Position numbers and translations under genes: made by a program. A DNA stretch of 64,000 nt from positions 81,205 through 145,204 of the IMG/VR virus record IMGVR_UViG_3300045125_000034; one strand, 5' to 3'. Below the pieces are notes generated by a model. That model saw nothing but the letters and a program-made list of their open reading frames with translations, did not search any database and was not told where the DNA came from. The stretch is from a virus. This document shows positions 45,250 to 58,972 of this stretch, piece after piece (within the stretch, counting starts at the first letter, position 1; the number at the start of each line of letters is the position of its first letter).

Positions 45250-46237
45250 TATGGAAAGTATCCTCTCTGTTTCATCCCCTTGAGGTATTCCGCATTTCCT
45301 ACGGGCTTACCATCTAGGTAGAATCTATTCTTGATATTTATGATGAGCCTATCTCTATCTGAAGACCAGTTGTTGCTGACTCTCAGACTAAAAGTCTTGT
45401 CGGAAAACACTCGGATCTCTTGCGTTGAAGGCTCTGATTGTAAACGCGGCGGTGTAGTAGGCACTCCTACCATTCAAGTAAGTAGCAGCCGAGCCGATTG
45501 TCCCGTAGTTCTCTTCGTCAATTTGAAAATCCGTAGGCAAACGGAACGCCTCTAAGAAATAGTCCTTGTCTGTGGGGTCTCCCGGATTGTCGGGAAGATC
45601 CATTTCAGAGATCAGACCATACGCAACACCTGTATCCATGTTCAGGGTTAGGTCAGAGGAAACTCTCCACCAACCACCATGTACTTGATATCGCAGCATT
45701 CGTTGCATTGGTAACGATACACGGACCCATCGTATCCATAAGGGGAGTACGCATTAGACACCCCACCTAGCGTATTTGTGTAAGGTCCGGGTGCGGGATG
45801 GGCGGGGAAGTACAGAGTCCTATTGTTACCATCAAAGTACTGCAACTCTCTAACCGAAAACTGATTGACCATGCTGTTAGTCATAGTCTTGAGTTTCCCC
45901 AACTCTCCAAACTCAATCAAGCAAGCGTCGTTTACTGCTGCTCCGGTTGCTCCCGAAACCAAAGGACCAGATGCTTGGCTCTGATGGTAGTAGTAGGCGG
46001 TAACCCCTATAGCACGGCAACCGTCGCCGGGGTTATTGCCGTTCCGTTTACAACATAAGGTCCATCGGGGTAGTAGAATTCGGGCGGGCGCATACCCTTG
46101 TGGGTGTACCTGCCTAGCCAACCCTTCCACTCTATTGGCTCAGTATTAGAGTATTTGTCAGATCCATCGCCCAAGGTACATTGGGCTTCAACCACATATG
46201 CGTATCTGTTGTATGGGGAGTAAACGGTCCTTCTCAT
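45249..46237 (-). CDS. Hypothetical virion protein with an Ig-like (He_PIG-type) segment
   Basis: Joined ORFs; YMVVGGEFP..LTLNMDTGVAYGLI..FTIRAF..KTFSLRV. Confidence 0.5.
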
Positions 46238-48097
46238 ACGAATTCACCACCATCAACCATGTCGGGAGCATCAGATGGGAAGTTTGTCTCGTATGCAACA
46301 ATAGGAACGGCGGGGATTGCGGGTGAACTGCCTACCGATGGGTCGTTTAGTTGCGTAGCAGCCTTTCCGGGGTATCCTGTGATTAGGGTAGCCTTCCCAC
46401 CCTGAACAGCATACAAACTCGTTGTAGGCAATCCGGGTGCGGCTGTGGGGGCTAGGTTTACGCCCGTGACAGGTTGATTCTGTCCTGCTAGACCTGCGGC
46501 AACGGGCGGTAGTGCAGTTTGTGTCTGTGCACCTGCCGCAGCGGAGTTGGAAGCAAACATTGCTCCAAGGTCTGTTCCTTGGTTTGCTGCCCCCAAAATG
46601 CCTCCTGCCTGCATGTTTCCACCAATACCGCCAATTGCGGAAGCGATTGGGAGTGCTGCTCCTCCTATACCCATCAATCCACCACCAACGGCTAGTAGAC
46701 TTCCAAGATTTAGTGGACCCGCACCTTGACCTATTGACCCCAATCCTGTTCCTTCTACTGCCCCTCCAACTGCCTGACCTATACCACCAACAATACCGCC
46801 TACCGCAGATTGGATTCCTGCCACTACTGACCCTATACCTGAAACTACAGAGTTTAAACCCGAATCCAAACCACCTGCCGCAGATTGGAGTGGATTCGCG
46901 GACTGCTGTGCTTGTTGTGCCGCAGCCTGAACACTATCAAGTTGCGTTGCTTGAGATGCTGCTATTCCACCACCTGCTATGGCACTTGTTGATGTTGTTA
47001 TGGCAGAGGTTGTGGTAACTGTACTTACTGTTGTTACATTTCCTCCTGCCGCTGCCACAGACAATGCTCCCGCCTGCGTACCTGCGTCCCGCACCCGTGG
47101 ACATGAGACCTGTTATGATTGCTCCCGGCGCGACTCCTTCGGGGTTGAAGTCAATGCGTGGGGCAACAAACAACATATTGCCTCCGCTTGCAACCGTGTA
47201 GGTTCCACCCACCTTGTGAACAAAGTCCTTCTTGGTTTCCATGACAATACTGCCATTGACAAGAATCTTTGCATCTCCTGCAATCTCCACCAATAGATCT
47301 TTGCCGACCTTTTGCTTGCTCGTTCCATCAATGTTCAAGTCGCAGTTGCCTTTGATTAAAACACGATTGTTCCCCGCAACAATCTCATAGTTATCGGACT
47401 TTATCTTCTCTACCTTTTTCCCGTCAGGGTGTATCTCCGACCATGTGCCTGCCTTGTGGTAAATGGAGACACGCTCTGCTCCCTCGGTATCGTCCAACTC
47501 AATTATGTGACCTGCTTCGGTCTCTAACACATGATTCTTTGGATATTCTGCTGCATATGGAGTTTCGGGTTCGTTCCAATTACCAACCAAGGCGGTTTGA
47601 ACTCCCTTCTCTACTCCATCTTTCTTTGACTTGACTATGGTTTTGTCTATCTCTTCGTTTCTTGATAATCGGTTTGTATCGGGTTCTCCTGCGTAATCCT
47701 CAGATGGATATTGACCATCGGGGTCATTAAACCCGTCTTCGGGATTAGACATCTTTCCCGTAAGTTCGTCGGGTTCGGGGAATCCCGCGAATGCCTCCAA
47801 AACTATTGGGTCTTGGCAGTTGATGCCGTCACGGAAGAATCCAACCACCCAAGCACCCTTCAATACTCCTGTAGGTGAGCGACCCTTTCCGCTAACTGCT
47901 GCACTTGTTATTGGCTGTAGTGGAGTAGCCCAAGGCAAATCCTCTGTGGGCAGAAGTACTTTGTCGCCTGTGTGAAACCCGAAGCATCTAACCTTTACAC
48001 GCCCCATCATCAGAGGATCATCAATATCCTCAACAACTCCGTGAAACCACACGAAGCCGTTCTTTCCTATTTGGTCATGTACAATAGATGTGTCCAT
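46234..48097 (-). CDS. gp5: Baseplate hub/central spike gp5 (no lysozyme domain) with a Gly/Ala-rich C-terminal extension
   Basis: WFHGVVEDIDDPLMMGRVKVRCFGFH..LPWA, WVVGFFRDG..QDP, YPKNHVLETEAGHIIELDDT..YHKAGT, beta-helix repeats and APRIDFNP, followed by about 290 extra aa. Confidence 0.9.
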
Positions 48098-48098
48098 A

Positions 48099-49437
48099 TC
48101 AAAGCACCTTTAGCGTAGATTCTTTCTTGTCGGGCAGAGGAGAACTGTAAGAATCCTTTGCTAGAGTCATGATGATGTCATAGTTATCGTGAGTAAACGA
48201 ATGGTTGATCTTGGTAATCATGTAGTTGCCGCTGATATAAGGATCGTATGGGTCATCCTTCTTCGCGGTATCTTCTTGAGACACAATCTTTAGTTCTACA
48301 ATATCGCCAACTCGTCTTCTTGAATCGCTCGGGGGCTACCGCTTGAATATGCACCACATTCATCTGATTCAACAGACTTTGACGATTTAGTGCGTACAGA
48401 TCGTGTGTTTCGTTATCTTCAATACCATCGTATCTGTCGCTATTCTTGGGCAGCACTTTACGGTAACTCATAATCTTGTCGCTATAAGCATCTATTGCGG
48501 ACGGAACAAGAGGGTATTTGTCTATGTGGTCAACATCCGTATAGTTTTGGGAGTAGCGATACACAGAAGCCTCAATCTTCTTTTTGTTTATGTCAAAGGT
48601 CGTAGAATGGAAGAGAAGACTCCTGTACCAAGATCCTGAAGCCTATTGCCTGCACTAAGCACAACAAATTCTGTGAGGTTTGAGAATGAAAGCATATCCT
48701 TGGTTTTATCCACGGGAGCATGCGTATAGGAAGCAACCACAGGCATTGCTTTAAAATGCGAGATCGGCATAAACTGATATGAGCCGTCCAATGATTGGAA
48801 GAACATATAGTCTGCCATACCCGGATTCGACAGAGAAGATGATTTGTTTGCTAGCCAGTTGATGAAGTAAAACGGAGACCAATACGGAACTACTACAGAC
48901 CTTGCTCCGAGTGTCGGGAAGATGTGGGTTCGCTCTTCTTTGTTGGTAATCTCAACACCAACTGCCTCAACTGCGGGGTCTAAGTAATCATCGAATACTG
49001 ATTTGACCATATCGCTGTAGGGCATTCTCGAAAACGACTTGCTGAGTTTGATGGTTGTGTTTTGGAAGAACTCTTCCGATACCAATTCAAGACCCACCAT
49101 AACCGCTTTATCTGAACCCATTTCAGTCCTCTGCGAGATTTTGTAAACTCGCATGTTGAGTTCTATCTTCTTCTGTGGTTGATCTTCTTGACCCGAGCGT
49201 ATAGAAAATGATCTTGACCTTTTCCTCACCAACTAGAGGAAGGTGTCTAGACAATGCTAGAGAATCACCAAAAAGGATGGTTCCTGATAGAGAGTTTGAA
49301 TACAAATCCTCGTAGATTTCAACAGAGTAAATCAGATTCCATATGCTTAATGAAAAGCCGCTTGCTGATGTGAGGGTGATATCCTCAATAATCAGATCGC
49401 CGGGTGCGGCTAGTTTTGCATTGGATACAATTCCCAC
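48099..49437 (-). CDS. Baseplate hub protein (gp27-like)
   Basis: SVEIYEDLYSNSLSGTI..LPLVGEE, VVPYWSPFYFINWLA and C-terminal YISGNYMITKINHSF..LAKDS; position between gp53 and gp5. Confidence 0.75.
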
Positions 49438-49438
49438 T

Positions 49439-50342
49439 TCAGACTCCGCTTATCTTGTTTCGATTGAATAGTGCAGAGAACTGTTTTAGGGTCTCTTGCA
49501 AGAAGTATGGCTTGAGTAGGTTTATCTCTCTTTTCTCTTCGTTCTTTGTGTACTCATAGTCCGTATTGTTTATGTAACGGGTGAGCCGCATGGATGGGAT
49601 TCTTATGGTATCGTTTGGATTTGTATACAACAGTATTCTTACAGTTACACCATATGTGTCTATGATGGTTGGGTCGATACTACCGCGAGGATCAAGGATT
49701 TCCCACTAGCGTCAACAAAGTGGTGTATTGCCGTGCTATTTGGTTCGATGTAACGAATGTTTGTGGTTATGCGTTTCCCGTTGCTATTGGTAACCGTCAT
49801 AGTTCTTATGCTAGGAACTCCATTGTCCAACCATCCGTCATCCTTTACGACTACCTTCATCATCAGAGGGTCATAAGAAACCGCAGTTAGTTTTTTGGTT
49901 ACTACTTCTCCTCCCTCATATTGAGAGATTTCTACTTCAGTTTCCCCGTTTATTGTTGGCTCGGTTGAATCTATTCTCTGATTCCTCATCACACCATCTG
50001 CATAGAAGAAGGTATCTTCAACATAAACTGCCTTGCCCGGATACTTGTAAGCGATGTAGGAATCCAACTCAGATGTTGTTAGTGGCCACTCATAATAGGG
50101 ATCTATGATTTCATTGAACAGCAGTATGACCCAATGAAGGTCGGATTTGCCGTATATCTTGTGGGCTAGAGTATCGGGTCTTTCGCCCTCTTTTGATTTG
50201 ATATGTTTCGAATAGAGCCTTCTCGGGTCTTGATGTAGTCCGAAAACTTTGCTCGCAAGAGTATGTTTCTTGCTTGCCGTATGTCTACGGTATCTTTGTC
50301 GAGAATGTAGGATGTTACGGGGAAGTATGAGAAATAACTCAT
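49439..50342 (-). CDS. gp53: Baseplate wedge component gp53
   Basis: EGERPDTLAHKIYGKSDLHWVILLFNEIIDPYYEWPL; NNTDYEYTKNEEKREINLLKP. Confidence 0.9.
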
Positions 50343-50344
50343 GA

Positions 50345-51583
50345 TTAGAATCCTTGGTCGATTCCGCTGCCGAGACCAGGATCTCCAACTCTTCGAAAAT
50401 TGGTTCTAGTTCATACTTTGTGGGGCAGCACCCGAAGCCGGGTTCTGGGTGCGAATGTTGTGAAGGGGGTATCGCCGTAAGTGATATTGATATCCTTCAA
50501 GCAGCATCTTGCTATTTTTGGAAGGAACATGTTTTTCCTGTGCTTCCGTGCCAAAACCGAATTCTCCATTCAGCAGGGTACTCCAACAACCGACCGCCCG
50601 ATGCTTCCTCTGCTCTCTTGGGCATGGAGTACTTCTTGAACAGGGTCAAGATGTTATAGATGTTGTACAGTTCTTCCTTTGATGTTGGAACAAACTTGTA
50701 GGAGAAAGTAATGACCTTCTTTTCACGCTCTTGAACAAGTTCATAACCATCGGGTTTGCTACTTGACGAGTCATACCTTCATACATCTTGTCAAGTTTTA
50801 GATCGTCACCAAATACAGGCTTGGCAAGAGACGGATAGAGTTTCAGAAGCAGTCTTGAGTGCCTGTCTGCCCATCAACTCGCCTGTACCCTTGCTTAGTG
50901 AGGCTTTGAGGCTGTCTTTTAGTATCATCCGAACCGCCCCCCTTGAAGATGTTGGCTAGTGTTTGGGCTGAGTCTTCTTACTGTGGACATAGCCAAAGCA
51001 GTTGCAGTCAAATCTTCTTCTTGGTATTCCGTGCCATACGATGTCTTTACATTGGAAGGCATATACAAACAAATCGTCTTGTCTACTCTTTTGTTCGCTG
51101 TGTTGAATCCTGTGACTTCTTGGTTGAAGCCAAATTCTCCAGCACTCCATTCCTTTGTTGTAGCCAAAGTTGTCTTTGATTCTCTTGAAGACATCAGCAC
51201 CAACTCCACTAGTAATGAGTGAGGTTATGGCGAATCCGCCATATGCCCCGCCAATTTTGCCCAAGATAGATTCACCAACAGAACCACCAAACCTAGACAA
51301 AAGTTGTTCACCTGCGACTCCACCCAAAATTGATGTTGGAAACTGAATTCCTCCACCCTGAAATGGATTGTCACTATAGGAGTCTTTCTGTGAGTTAAGT
51401 CCTTGACCGCTGGCCTCAAACATCTCAAAGGTCATGAAGTTTTGATACTCAGGACTAGAGCCAAGAGTATAGGGATAGCGAAACACTTGGTTCGCCCCCT
51501 GCGTATTCTCTTGCTACCTTTGGTTGTAACGATGTGCTTGGCTGCTGACCCGAACTTGGGATTCGTTCTTGGTTGTTTGGCAC
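50345..51583 (-). CDS. gp48: Baseplate tail-tube cap gp48
   Basis: FRYPYTL..FMTFEMFE, ICLYMPSNVKTSYGTEY, FSYKFVPTS and F.ELEILVS C-terminus. Confidence 0.8.
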
Positions 51584-51597
51584 TTTGTTCTCCTTAC

Positions 51598-51624
51598 TGC
51601 TATTTAGTAGATGTTTTATAAATA
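51598..51624. promoter_or_regulatory. Divergent late promoters between gp48 and gp4
   Basis: TATAAATA on + (about 51616-51623) and CTAAATA on - (about 51601-51607), the same arrangement as other T4-like genomes. Confidence 0.65.
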
Positions 51625-51639
51625 GAGGATAGGAGATAC

Positions 51640-52103
51640 GGTCATCGGAACCTTCAAGACATACAAGGGGTTCTACCGCCCACAGAACCCGCAAAAGTAC
51701 AAAGGCGACCCCACCAAATGTGTCTATCGTTCGTTGTGGGAACGCCGCCTTATGCAGTACTGCGACCTGACAGAATCCATCCTGAAGTGGTCTTCGGAGG
51801 AAATCATCGTCCCATACCGCTCGCCCGTGGACGGGAAGGTACACAGGTGCTTCGTTGACTTTGGATCAAGGCTAAGAACTCACAGGGGCTAGAGGAATGC
51901 ATGCTAATAGAGATCAAGCCAAAGAAAATGACCGTCCAACCCATCACGGAGGGTAGTAGATGACCCGTAACAAGATCAACGAGATACGAGATTGGATGGT
52001 CAACAGCAGCAAGTGGGAAGCCGCTAGGGCTTTCTGTGCTGACAGGGGATGGAAGTTCAAGATCCTGACGGAAGAAGAGATCTTCGGTAAGGCTACGGCA
52101 TGA
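51640..52103 (+). CDS. gp4: Head completion nuclease gp4
   Basis: TYKGFYRPQNPQKYKGDPTKCVYRSLWERR..WSSEEIIVPYRSPVDGKVHR.FVDF..IEIKPK..KWEAAR. Start codon uncertain. Confidence 0.9.
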
Positions 52104-52690
52104 GTAAGAAAGATGTCCTAAAGGTAGTTCGTCAGTTCCGCTTTGAGGACATGGACATGGGCCCTCCAAGAAGGCTACCTATTGGCTCAAGGATAACCTA
52201 ACCCGTATAAAGCCTATGAGTCAGGAGGCTATTCTTCGCTCAGGGTGCAGTCGCCCAATTCTATCAAACCCGGCAAGATGTACTTCTTCTCCTATGACCC
52301 CAAAGGCAAGATGACCATGCCATTCTACGACCAATTCCCCTTGGTTGTGGTCTTGAACTACGAGAAGGATGGCTTCTTGGCACTAAATCTCCACTACCTA
52401 CGGTTCCATAACCGTGCCGTATTCCTGAACCTGACTTGATTGACTTTGCGGATGCCGTGGATTGGTTTGAAGACCCCAAGGCATCCATGCTCTTGGAGTA
52501 TTACCTTCTCAAGAAAAGCCCATCCATGCGTAAGTTTCTAAAGGCATGCATCAAGAGTTACCGATACGGGCATTTCCTGTCGGGGTGGTTCAGGTATCCC
52601 CACGATTGGAAGGTAGTACCATTTTTGCCCCTAGATAGATTTCAGAAGGCTTCACGCGAAGAGGTTTGGAAATGGGCGGGTTCCCTATAA
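52100..52690 (+). CDS. gp2: DNA end protector gp2
   Basis: PGKMYFFSYDPKGKMTMPFYDQFPLV..GFLALNLHYL; FLPLDRFQKASREEVW. Confidence 0.9.
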
Positions 52691-52699
52691 AGGAGTAAA

Positions 52700-53720
52700 A
52701 TGGCTCTCAACAATGTATTCAAATCATTCATGGATTTGGTAAGTCCGTCTCTCCTCTTCGTGGGACACCACCCAAAGAACAAAGACGGGAGCATCATTTG
52801 CTGAAGAAATAGTTGCATTCTCTCGTAATGTTGGGTTCATGCGTAACAATCGTTACTGCATACTATTTCAGGGAGAGCCACAAGCCGCAGCAGCAATTCC
52901 TGTGGACAGTAAAAGACTATCCATCAGTTGTTCATCGGTGACCTTTCCCGAATCTACATTTCAGACCGTAGAAAGAGATATAGCAGGACCAAAGCAAACG
53001 ATTCCGTTCGTTCAGCAGTTTGGAGATAGTAGTGCCGCATTTAGTTTCTTATGCGGAGCAGACTTATACGAGTACTTGGTCTTTAGGTCATGGCAAAGAA
53101 TGATTATAGACCCCGTATTTCGTTACAACGCATTCTACGATGACTACGCTAAAAACTGCACACTTACCGTGATGTTGCTACCTCAATATGTACGAAACTA
53201 TAACGAGGCGTTGGAGCGTCTTGAGGCTAACGAAGTCTATGGTATAACCCTAAGTGAAATATACCCAAAGACAGTTGCTCTACAGCAGAGTTCAAACAGA
53301 TTCAAGCAACGCTTCCTTGACCGTCAATGTTAACTTTGGTTTCCGTGAGATGATTCCATTCAGAGATTACACAGACGATTTCCGTTACGCTATGGCTGCA
53401 CTAAATCAGGGCAGGGCGTTCAAACTATACCCATCCCCGATGGCATCAAGAAAAACTACAGCGAAGCAGAAGCACAGAAATTCAAGAGCATGTTCTTGGC
53501 GCAGAAGCCCTTGGGAACAAACAAGGAAAATATTGTGTACCCGCGGTGATGCAACCACAAGGCATGCCCAAGGCTACTTGACCGCCAGAGCCACAAAACT
53601 TACAAGCATCTACAAATGTGGTATTGCCACCTCAGCCTCAAGAATACTGCTGCAAATGTGTTCCTCAACAACCTAATCACATCAGGCATCAATACTGCCG
53701 CCCTATTCAAAGGCATCTAA
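52700..53720 (+). CDS. Tail tube initiator / tube-fold protein (gp54-like)
   Basis: GFMRNNRY..LSISCSSVTFP..FRSWQRMIID..FYDDYAK..LSEIYPKTV..LTVNVNFGFRE. Confidence 0.7.
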
Positions 53721-53756
53721 ATACTGAAAGACATCATGTCCAAGGAGAATAAACTA

Positions 53757-54484
53757 TGAGTCTGCCTATTATTGCAACACCGAAGTACGAATTGACCCTT
53801 CCATCAACAGGAAAGAAGGTCAAGTATAGACCCTTCCTAGTCAGGAAGAGAAGATTTTGCTCTTGGCTAATGAGACCAAGGATCAGCAGCAGATCATTTT
53901 CTGCCATGAAGGACATCGTGTCCAACTGCACCTTTGGGGAAGTAAACCCCGATGAGGCTGCAACATTTGAACATTGAGTACATCTTCCTTCAACTCCGCC
54001 TCAAAGTCTGTTGGTGAGTCCGTAGATGTCAAAGATCGCATTGCACAGAGATTGCGAAGAGATGGTTCACCTGTGAACATCAATCTAAACGAGGTTGAGG
54101 TTGTAAAGGAGAAGGGATATTCAAACAAGGTAACGATCAGCAATACAATGGGCATAATCATGAAGTACCCCAACTTCAATACTCTTCAGAGCCTTGAGGC
54201 AAACAAGGAGAAGGGTCAGGAGCAGAGGAATTACTGAACTTCGTGGCGGTTTGCATAGACAGCATCTATGACGATAAGCAGATATACGAAGCCAAGGACT
54301 ACAAGAAGGAAGAACTATTAGAGTTCATTGAGAACCTTCCGCAGGGTGTGTTTGCCAAGATCATGAACTTCTTCAACAAGATGCCTGCTATATCAAAGGA
54401 AGTATCCTGCGATTGCGAGAAGTGCAAGACAAAGAGTAAGGTAACCTTGAGGGGGGCGCAAGATTTTTTCAATCAGCATGATGC
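53757..54484 (+). CDS. gp26: Baseplate hub assembly chaperone gp26
   Basis: MSLPIIATPKYELTLPSTGKKVKYRPFLV.EEKILL..KSVGE..MKYP..FFNKMP..CEKC..LRGAQDFF. Confidence 0.9.
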
Positions 54485-54670
54485 ACGATAACCTCGGCAA
54501 CATGCTAGAAACACATTTTCAGATGATGCAGCACCATCACTATTCGTTAACGGATATAGAGAACATGCTGCCGTGGGAAAAAACAGGTTTATGCGGGCAT
54601 GATTTCGGAGTATGTGAAGAAACATAATGAAGAGGTGAAGGAACTAGAAGCAAAGATGCCAAAGAGGTAA
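54478..54670 (+). CDS. gp51: Baseplate hub assembly catalyst gp51
   Basis: FQMMQHHHYSLTDIENMLPWEK. Confidence 0.85.
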
Positions 54671-54673
54671 TAG

Positions 54674-57600
54674 ATGGCCGAGACATTCGGGGATTTTGGA
54701 ACACCACCACCGCCGGGAGGACCACCTTCAGGCAGTCCGTTGCCATCTGATACTGAAGCCGCAAAGAAAGCGGCAGAGGGCATGAAAGACCTTACCGAAA
54801 AGGTTAAGGACTTGAAGAGCAAAACAGAACTCGCCGTTGAGAGAATCATGGAACTCTCGTCGGAAGGTTTCCGTTTGAATCAAAGTCTTCGTAAGAACTA
54901 CGAGGATATGAAGAAGTTGGAGGAGAAGCGAAAACTAGGTCTCAAACTTACAGATGATGAAATCAAGAGAGAGAAAGAACTAGCCGCTCTTCAGAACAAG
55001 GAAAAGGAAGAACTAAAAAAGGTAGGAGAAGCCCTAGTAAAACTCCGCGATTCTTTGGAGTCATCCGAAGAAGTTCAGTACCATGCAAGTGAGAGTCTTA
55101 AGAGTTTATCCGATGCCTTTGATGATTTTGCTGATGGTATTCCCTAGATAGTTGACAGAACTTGAGAAAGAACTCAAGCCAATAACAGAAGAGTTAAAAG
55201 CAGACGCGACTGCTTTGACTGAATTTGGTGACTCTGTTAGAGGGATGGCTAAAGCATTACCTTCCTTTAAAGACTCCTTTGAAGGCGGGGTTTGCTTTAG
55301 GTATCGGTAAACTAATACCGCTATTAACTGACTCACTAGGAAAGGGAACAAAAGCATCTCCACTAAATCTTTCTGCTCTATTTGCAAAGAAAGAACCAAA
55401 GAAGAATGAGGTTGTTCTATCAATAGAAGAACTCATCAAAGAAACCCAAAAAGTTGCGTCGGAGGTGTGGGCTGTTGGAGATTTATTAGTACTAAATGTT
55501 AAAGTACTAGATGATAGCATGAATAAACTTGGCGACTCTATTGCAGAGTGGCTAAATGTTCTAACTGATACCATTTCTTCTACTCAAAAAGACCTCAAAG
55601 CGGTTCTTGTATCAACCCGACCTTCGGGAGGTATGACTGCTGTAGTAGAAGGTGGCGGGGATATTGCCGCAGAATTCTTGAATATGCTAGTGGATGAAGT
55701 CAAAGAGTTACACAAGATAGCAACTGCGGTGGTCACGAATATATCCGAAATGACAAAAGCGTTGGATCAAATGAAAGACGCTGTGATTGATGCTGTTATT
55801 GCTCAACAAGAAAGTTCTTGATGTGAGTGAGAAGGAAAGAGCCTCGCCCGCAGGCGCACTCGCCCCGCAGTGCGCCTGGAGAAGCCGGGAGAAAAAGCAG
55901 AAACAAACCACCAACAACCGAGGAATAGGTAATTCTTGAATGCTGCAAAACAAGGAGCACAGGCGATGCTCATGATTGCGGGTTCCCTGTTGGTGTTGGC
56001 TGTTGGTTTGAAATTGATGAAGGAAATTGATCCCGGCACGATGATAAAGACGGGAATAGCAATGAGTGCTTTGGGTGGTGGGCTGTTCCTTCTAGCAAAA
56101 ATCCCATCGGCAGATTTGAAGAAAGCAGCAGAATCAATGTTATTAGTTGCTGCTTCTGTTAGCGTTTTGGCTATTGGCATGATGTTGATGAAGAATGTTG
56201 GTGTTGAAGGATTCATCAAGACCGCAGTTGGTCTAGGTGCTATGGTGGGGGTACTTCACCTACTATCCAAAGTAGATTCATCAAAACTAATGAAGTCCGC
56301 TACATTCTTGCTATAGTTGGTGCGTCCTTGATACCACTAGCAATAGGAATGCGTTTGATGGCGGGGGTGAAATGCAGGGCAATGCTTAAAACTGGAATTG
56401 CCATTCTTGGTCTCATGGGTGTTCTGTATGGTATAAGCAAGATTGACACAAGTTCTCTAATCAAGGGTGCGTTAGCAATTGCGGTTCTTGGGGTTTCTCT
56501 TGTTCCACTAGCCTTGGGTCTTATGATGATGAACATGTGTTAGTTGGGAAGCCGTAGGAATGATGGCTGTAGCATTAGTAGGTCTTGCTATAGCAGCAGG
56601 AGTTCTCGGTCAAATGTCTGCACTTATTTTACCGGGTGCTTTGGCTATTGCAGTATTGGGTGCTTCTTGATTCCTTTACTCTTGCTCTAATAATGTTCAA
56701 TGCTGTTGGTTGGGAATCCTTGGCTGTCGCAGGAGCCGCAATAGTTGGATTTGCTCTCATATTCGCAGGCATAGGATTCATGTCGTTGTTTATTGCAGCG
56801 GGAGCCGCTGCTATGGCAATACTAGGTGTTGGTTTGATGTCTCTAGGTGCGGGATTGTCAATAATCAACAGCGTAGGAATGGACAATATACCCACCTTGT
56901 CTATGGGAATTATGCAGTTGGCTGCTACTATGTCCATCGTTGGAGTGATGTCTCCGCTTCTTATTCTTGCTTCTGCTGCAATGGTCATTATGTCTGCTGC
57001 TCTTGTAGCACTTTCATTTGGTCTAGCAATTGTAACACCCGGAATTCTCATGTTTGCGAAGGTATGCTGAAAACGTTCAAGCAGCGGGACTATGGACATA
57101 CTTTCCAAATTGCTGACATCGGAATGAACGGAATGCAAATAGCCGCAGAGTCTTGTTGCACTACTGTTGGCATAGGTGCTGTTGGTGCTGCCCTAGTAGC
57201 CTTTAGTGCTATGGGCGCAGCAAGTCAAGTTACAGGTGCTATAGGAGATGCGGTATCAGGAGTGATTGGTTGGTTCACTGGCATAAGAAGGCTCCATCTC
57301 CTCTTGAGATGCTTTCTATGTTTGTTGGATTCGCAGAGATGGCTCCCAAGATAAACGAGGGTGCTATGGCTATCAATGCTCTAGCAGATGCTCTTCAGCG
57401 TTTCTCAAACACCAAGTTTGGAGAGATGTTGGGATTAGATAAGATTGGCTCTCTCGTAGATAAGATTGGGGGAACCGAGACCGAGCGTGTTTGACAAGTT
57501 GAAGTCTATAGCCAATCCTTGATGGCGTTTGGTGCTGCTCAACCGCCACCACTAACCCCACCAAAAGCAAGAGGTAGTATAGTAGAATACGCGAGCGAGG

Positions 57601-57950
57601 AGTATGAACTCCCCGCAGCAAAAGAAGGAACTCCGCTAGCAAAGAAACTCTCGTTTACAAATGGGGTATTGACCACAAAGGGCGTAAGCACAGAGACTCC
57701 AATTGCTGAAGCAAATCTAGAAAAGCGGGGAGATGGAAAGTCTGATGGGATTATGGAAGATCTGCATGGGGATTTGCTCAGACAAATCTTGGGAGAACTA
57801 CAAGCAAGAGGTGCAATACAGCCTGTGGTTGTTTGGTGTCAATACAAACGCTTCCACAAACGGCAGCACCCCCATCCGGGTGGGGTGGAGGTGCTACCAT
57901 GATTCCGCTTTATTCAGGCAGTCACACCGATGCTACCAAGATGGCATATC
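54674..57950 (+). CDS. Tape measure protein (gp29-like), frameshifted
   Basis: Follows gp26/gp51; coiled-coil N-terminus then hydrophobic helical repeats (KTGIAxxxLxGxLxxxSK, W-spaced repeats). End uncertain. Confidence 0.75.
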
Positions 57951-57977
57951 AGGTGTCTTACCGTCCCGCAGGATGAA

Positions 57978-58935
57978 TCAGTCCTCTTCGGCCAACTTGC
58001 GGAAGTAGTCAAGGGTGTCGCCACCCTCGCTATCATCATCGTCGTTGGTCGGAACTGGGCTTCTTCGCAGCAGCGACCTTTGCCTCGTTCTTGCGGAACT
58101 CTCACTCAGAGACTCACGGATGGGTTCCTCGTCCTCGGCTCTTCTTGAGAGGGCTTTGCCTGCCCGTGTTGATGACGGTGTTCAAAACCGATCCTTCAAC
58201 TCCTCGTAAGCCTTGAACTTGTCCTTGCTGACGAGTTCCTGACAGCGGGCGCGCCTGCGACCTCCAAACCTTCTCAAGCGAGGTCATCCTTGCCGTCAAG
58301 AAGTGCAGACTGCGTATCAAACTCGCTCTTGTCGTAGTTGGGCGTAGCCACCCGCGGCCTGAATCTTCATCTTGAAGTTACGACCAGTCTCAGCAAAAAT
58401 CAAACGGGTTGGTTGGCTGCTCGCCGTGGAAATCTCTCTGGCTGCATGCAATCGCTGATCTTGTCAAAGATCTTCTTGCCGTAGCGGAACAGGAACACTC
58501 GGCTCGTTCTCGCGGCTAGCGACTCGCTGGATAACCATGATGTTGCTGATGTACGACAACTTACGCTCGCGGGCGCGGGCGATCTCCTTTATCGGACTCA
58601 ATACCCGCTGTTCCACAGTTCGTTGTTTGCCTCGCACACGCGGCACTTGCAGACCAAGAGTGGTCGGGCAGGTTCCTCACCGCACCAACCACCCTTGCCT
58701 TTGGAATCCGTGGCTGAACAGGCGAACCCAAGGAACATCCTCACCTCTCGCATGAGGGCAGGAAGTCGAACGATAGCAAACCCGTTGCCATCCTTCCCGC
58801 GCTTCGGGGAGTCCAAAAGCGATCATCCTTGTAGGACTTGCTCTCGGAGGTCTTCTCTAGTCTCCTTCTGTAGATTGCCTCACAGGAGCTCTCTGCATGC
58901 TCATCTTCTTCATATCTGCGAATCCGTTCTTCCAT
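57978..58935 (-). CDS. gp32: Single-stranded DNA-binding protein gp32
   Basis: YKDDRFW..GNGFAIVR..FSHGFQ..CEANNELWNSG..RKLSYISNIMVI..GKKIFDKI..NYDKSEF; acidic end DYFRKLAEED. Confidence 0.9.
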
Positions 58936-58972
58936 GTGTATTTCCTTTCGTTGTATGACGGAGTGTAAACGG

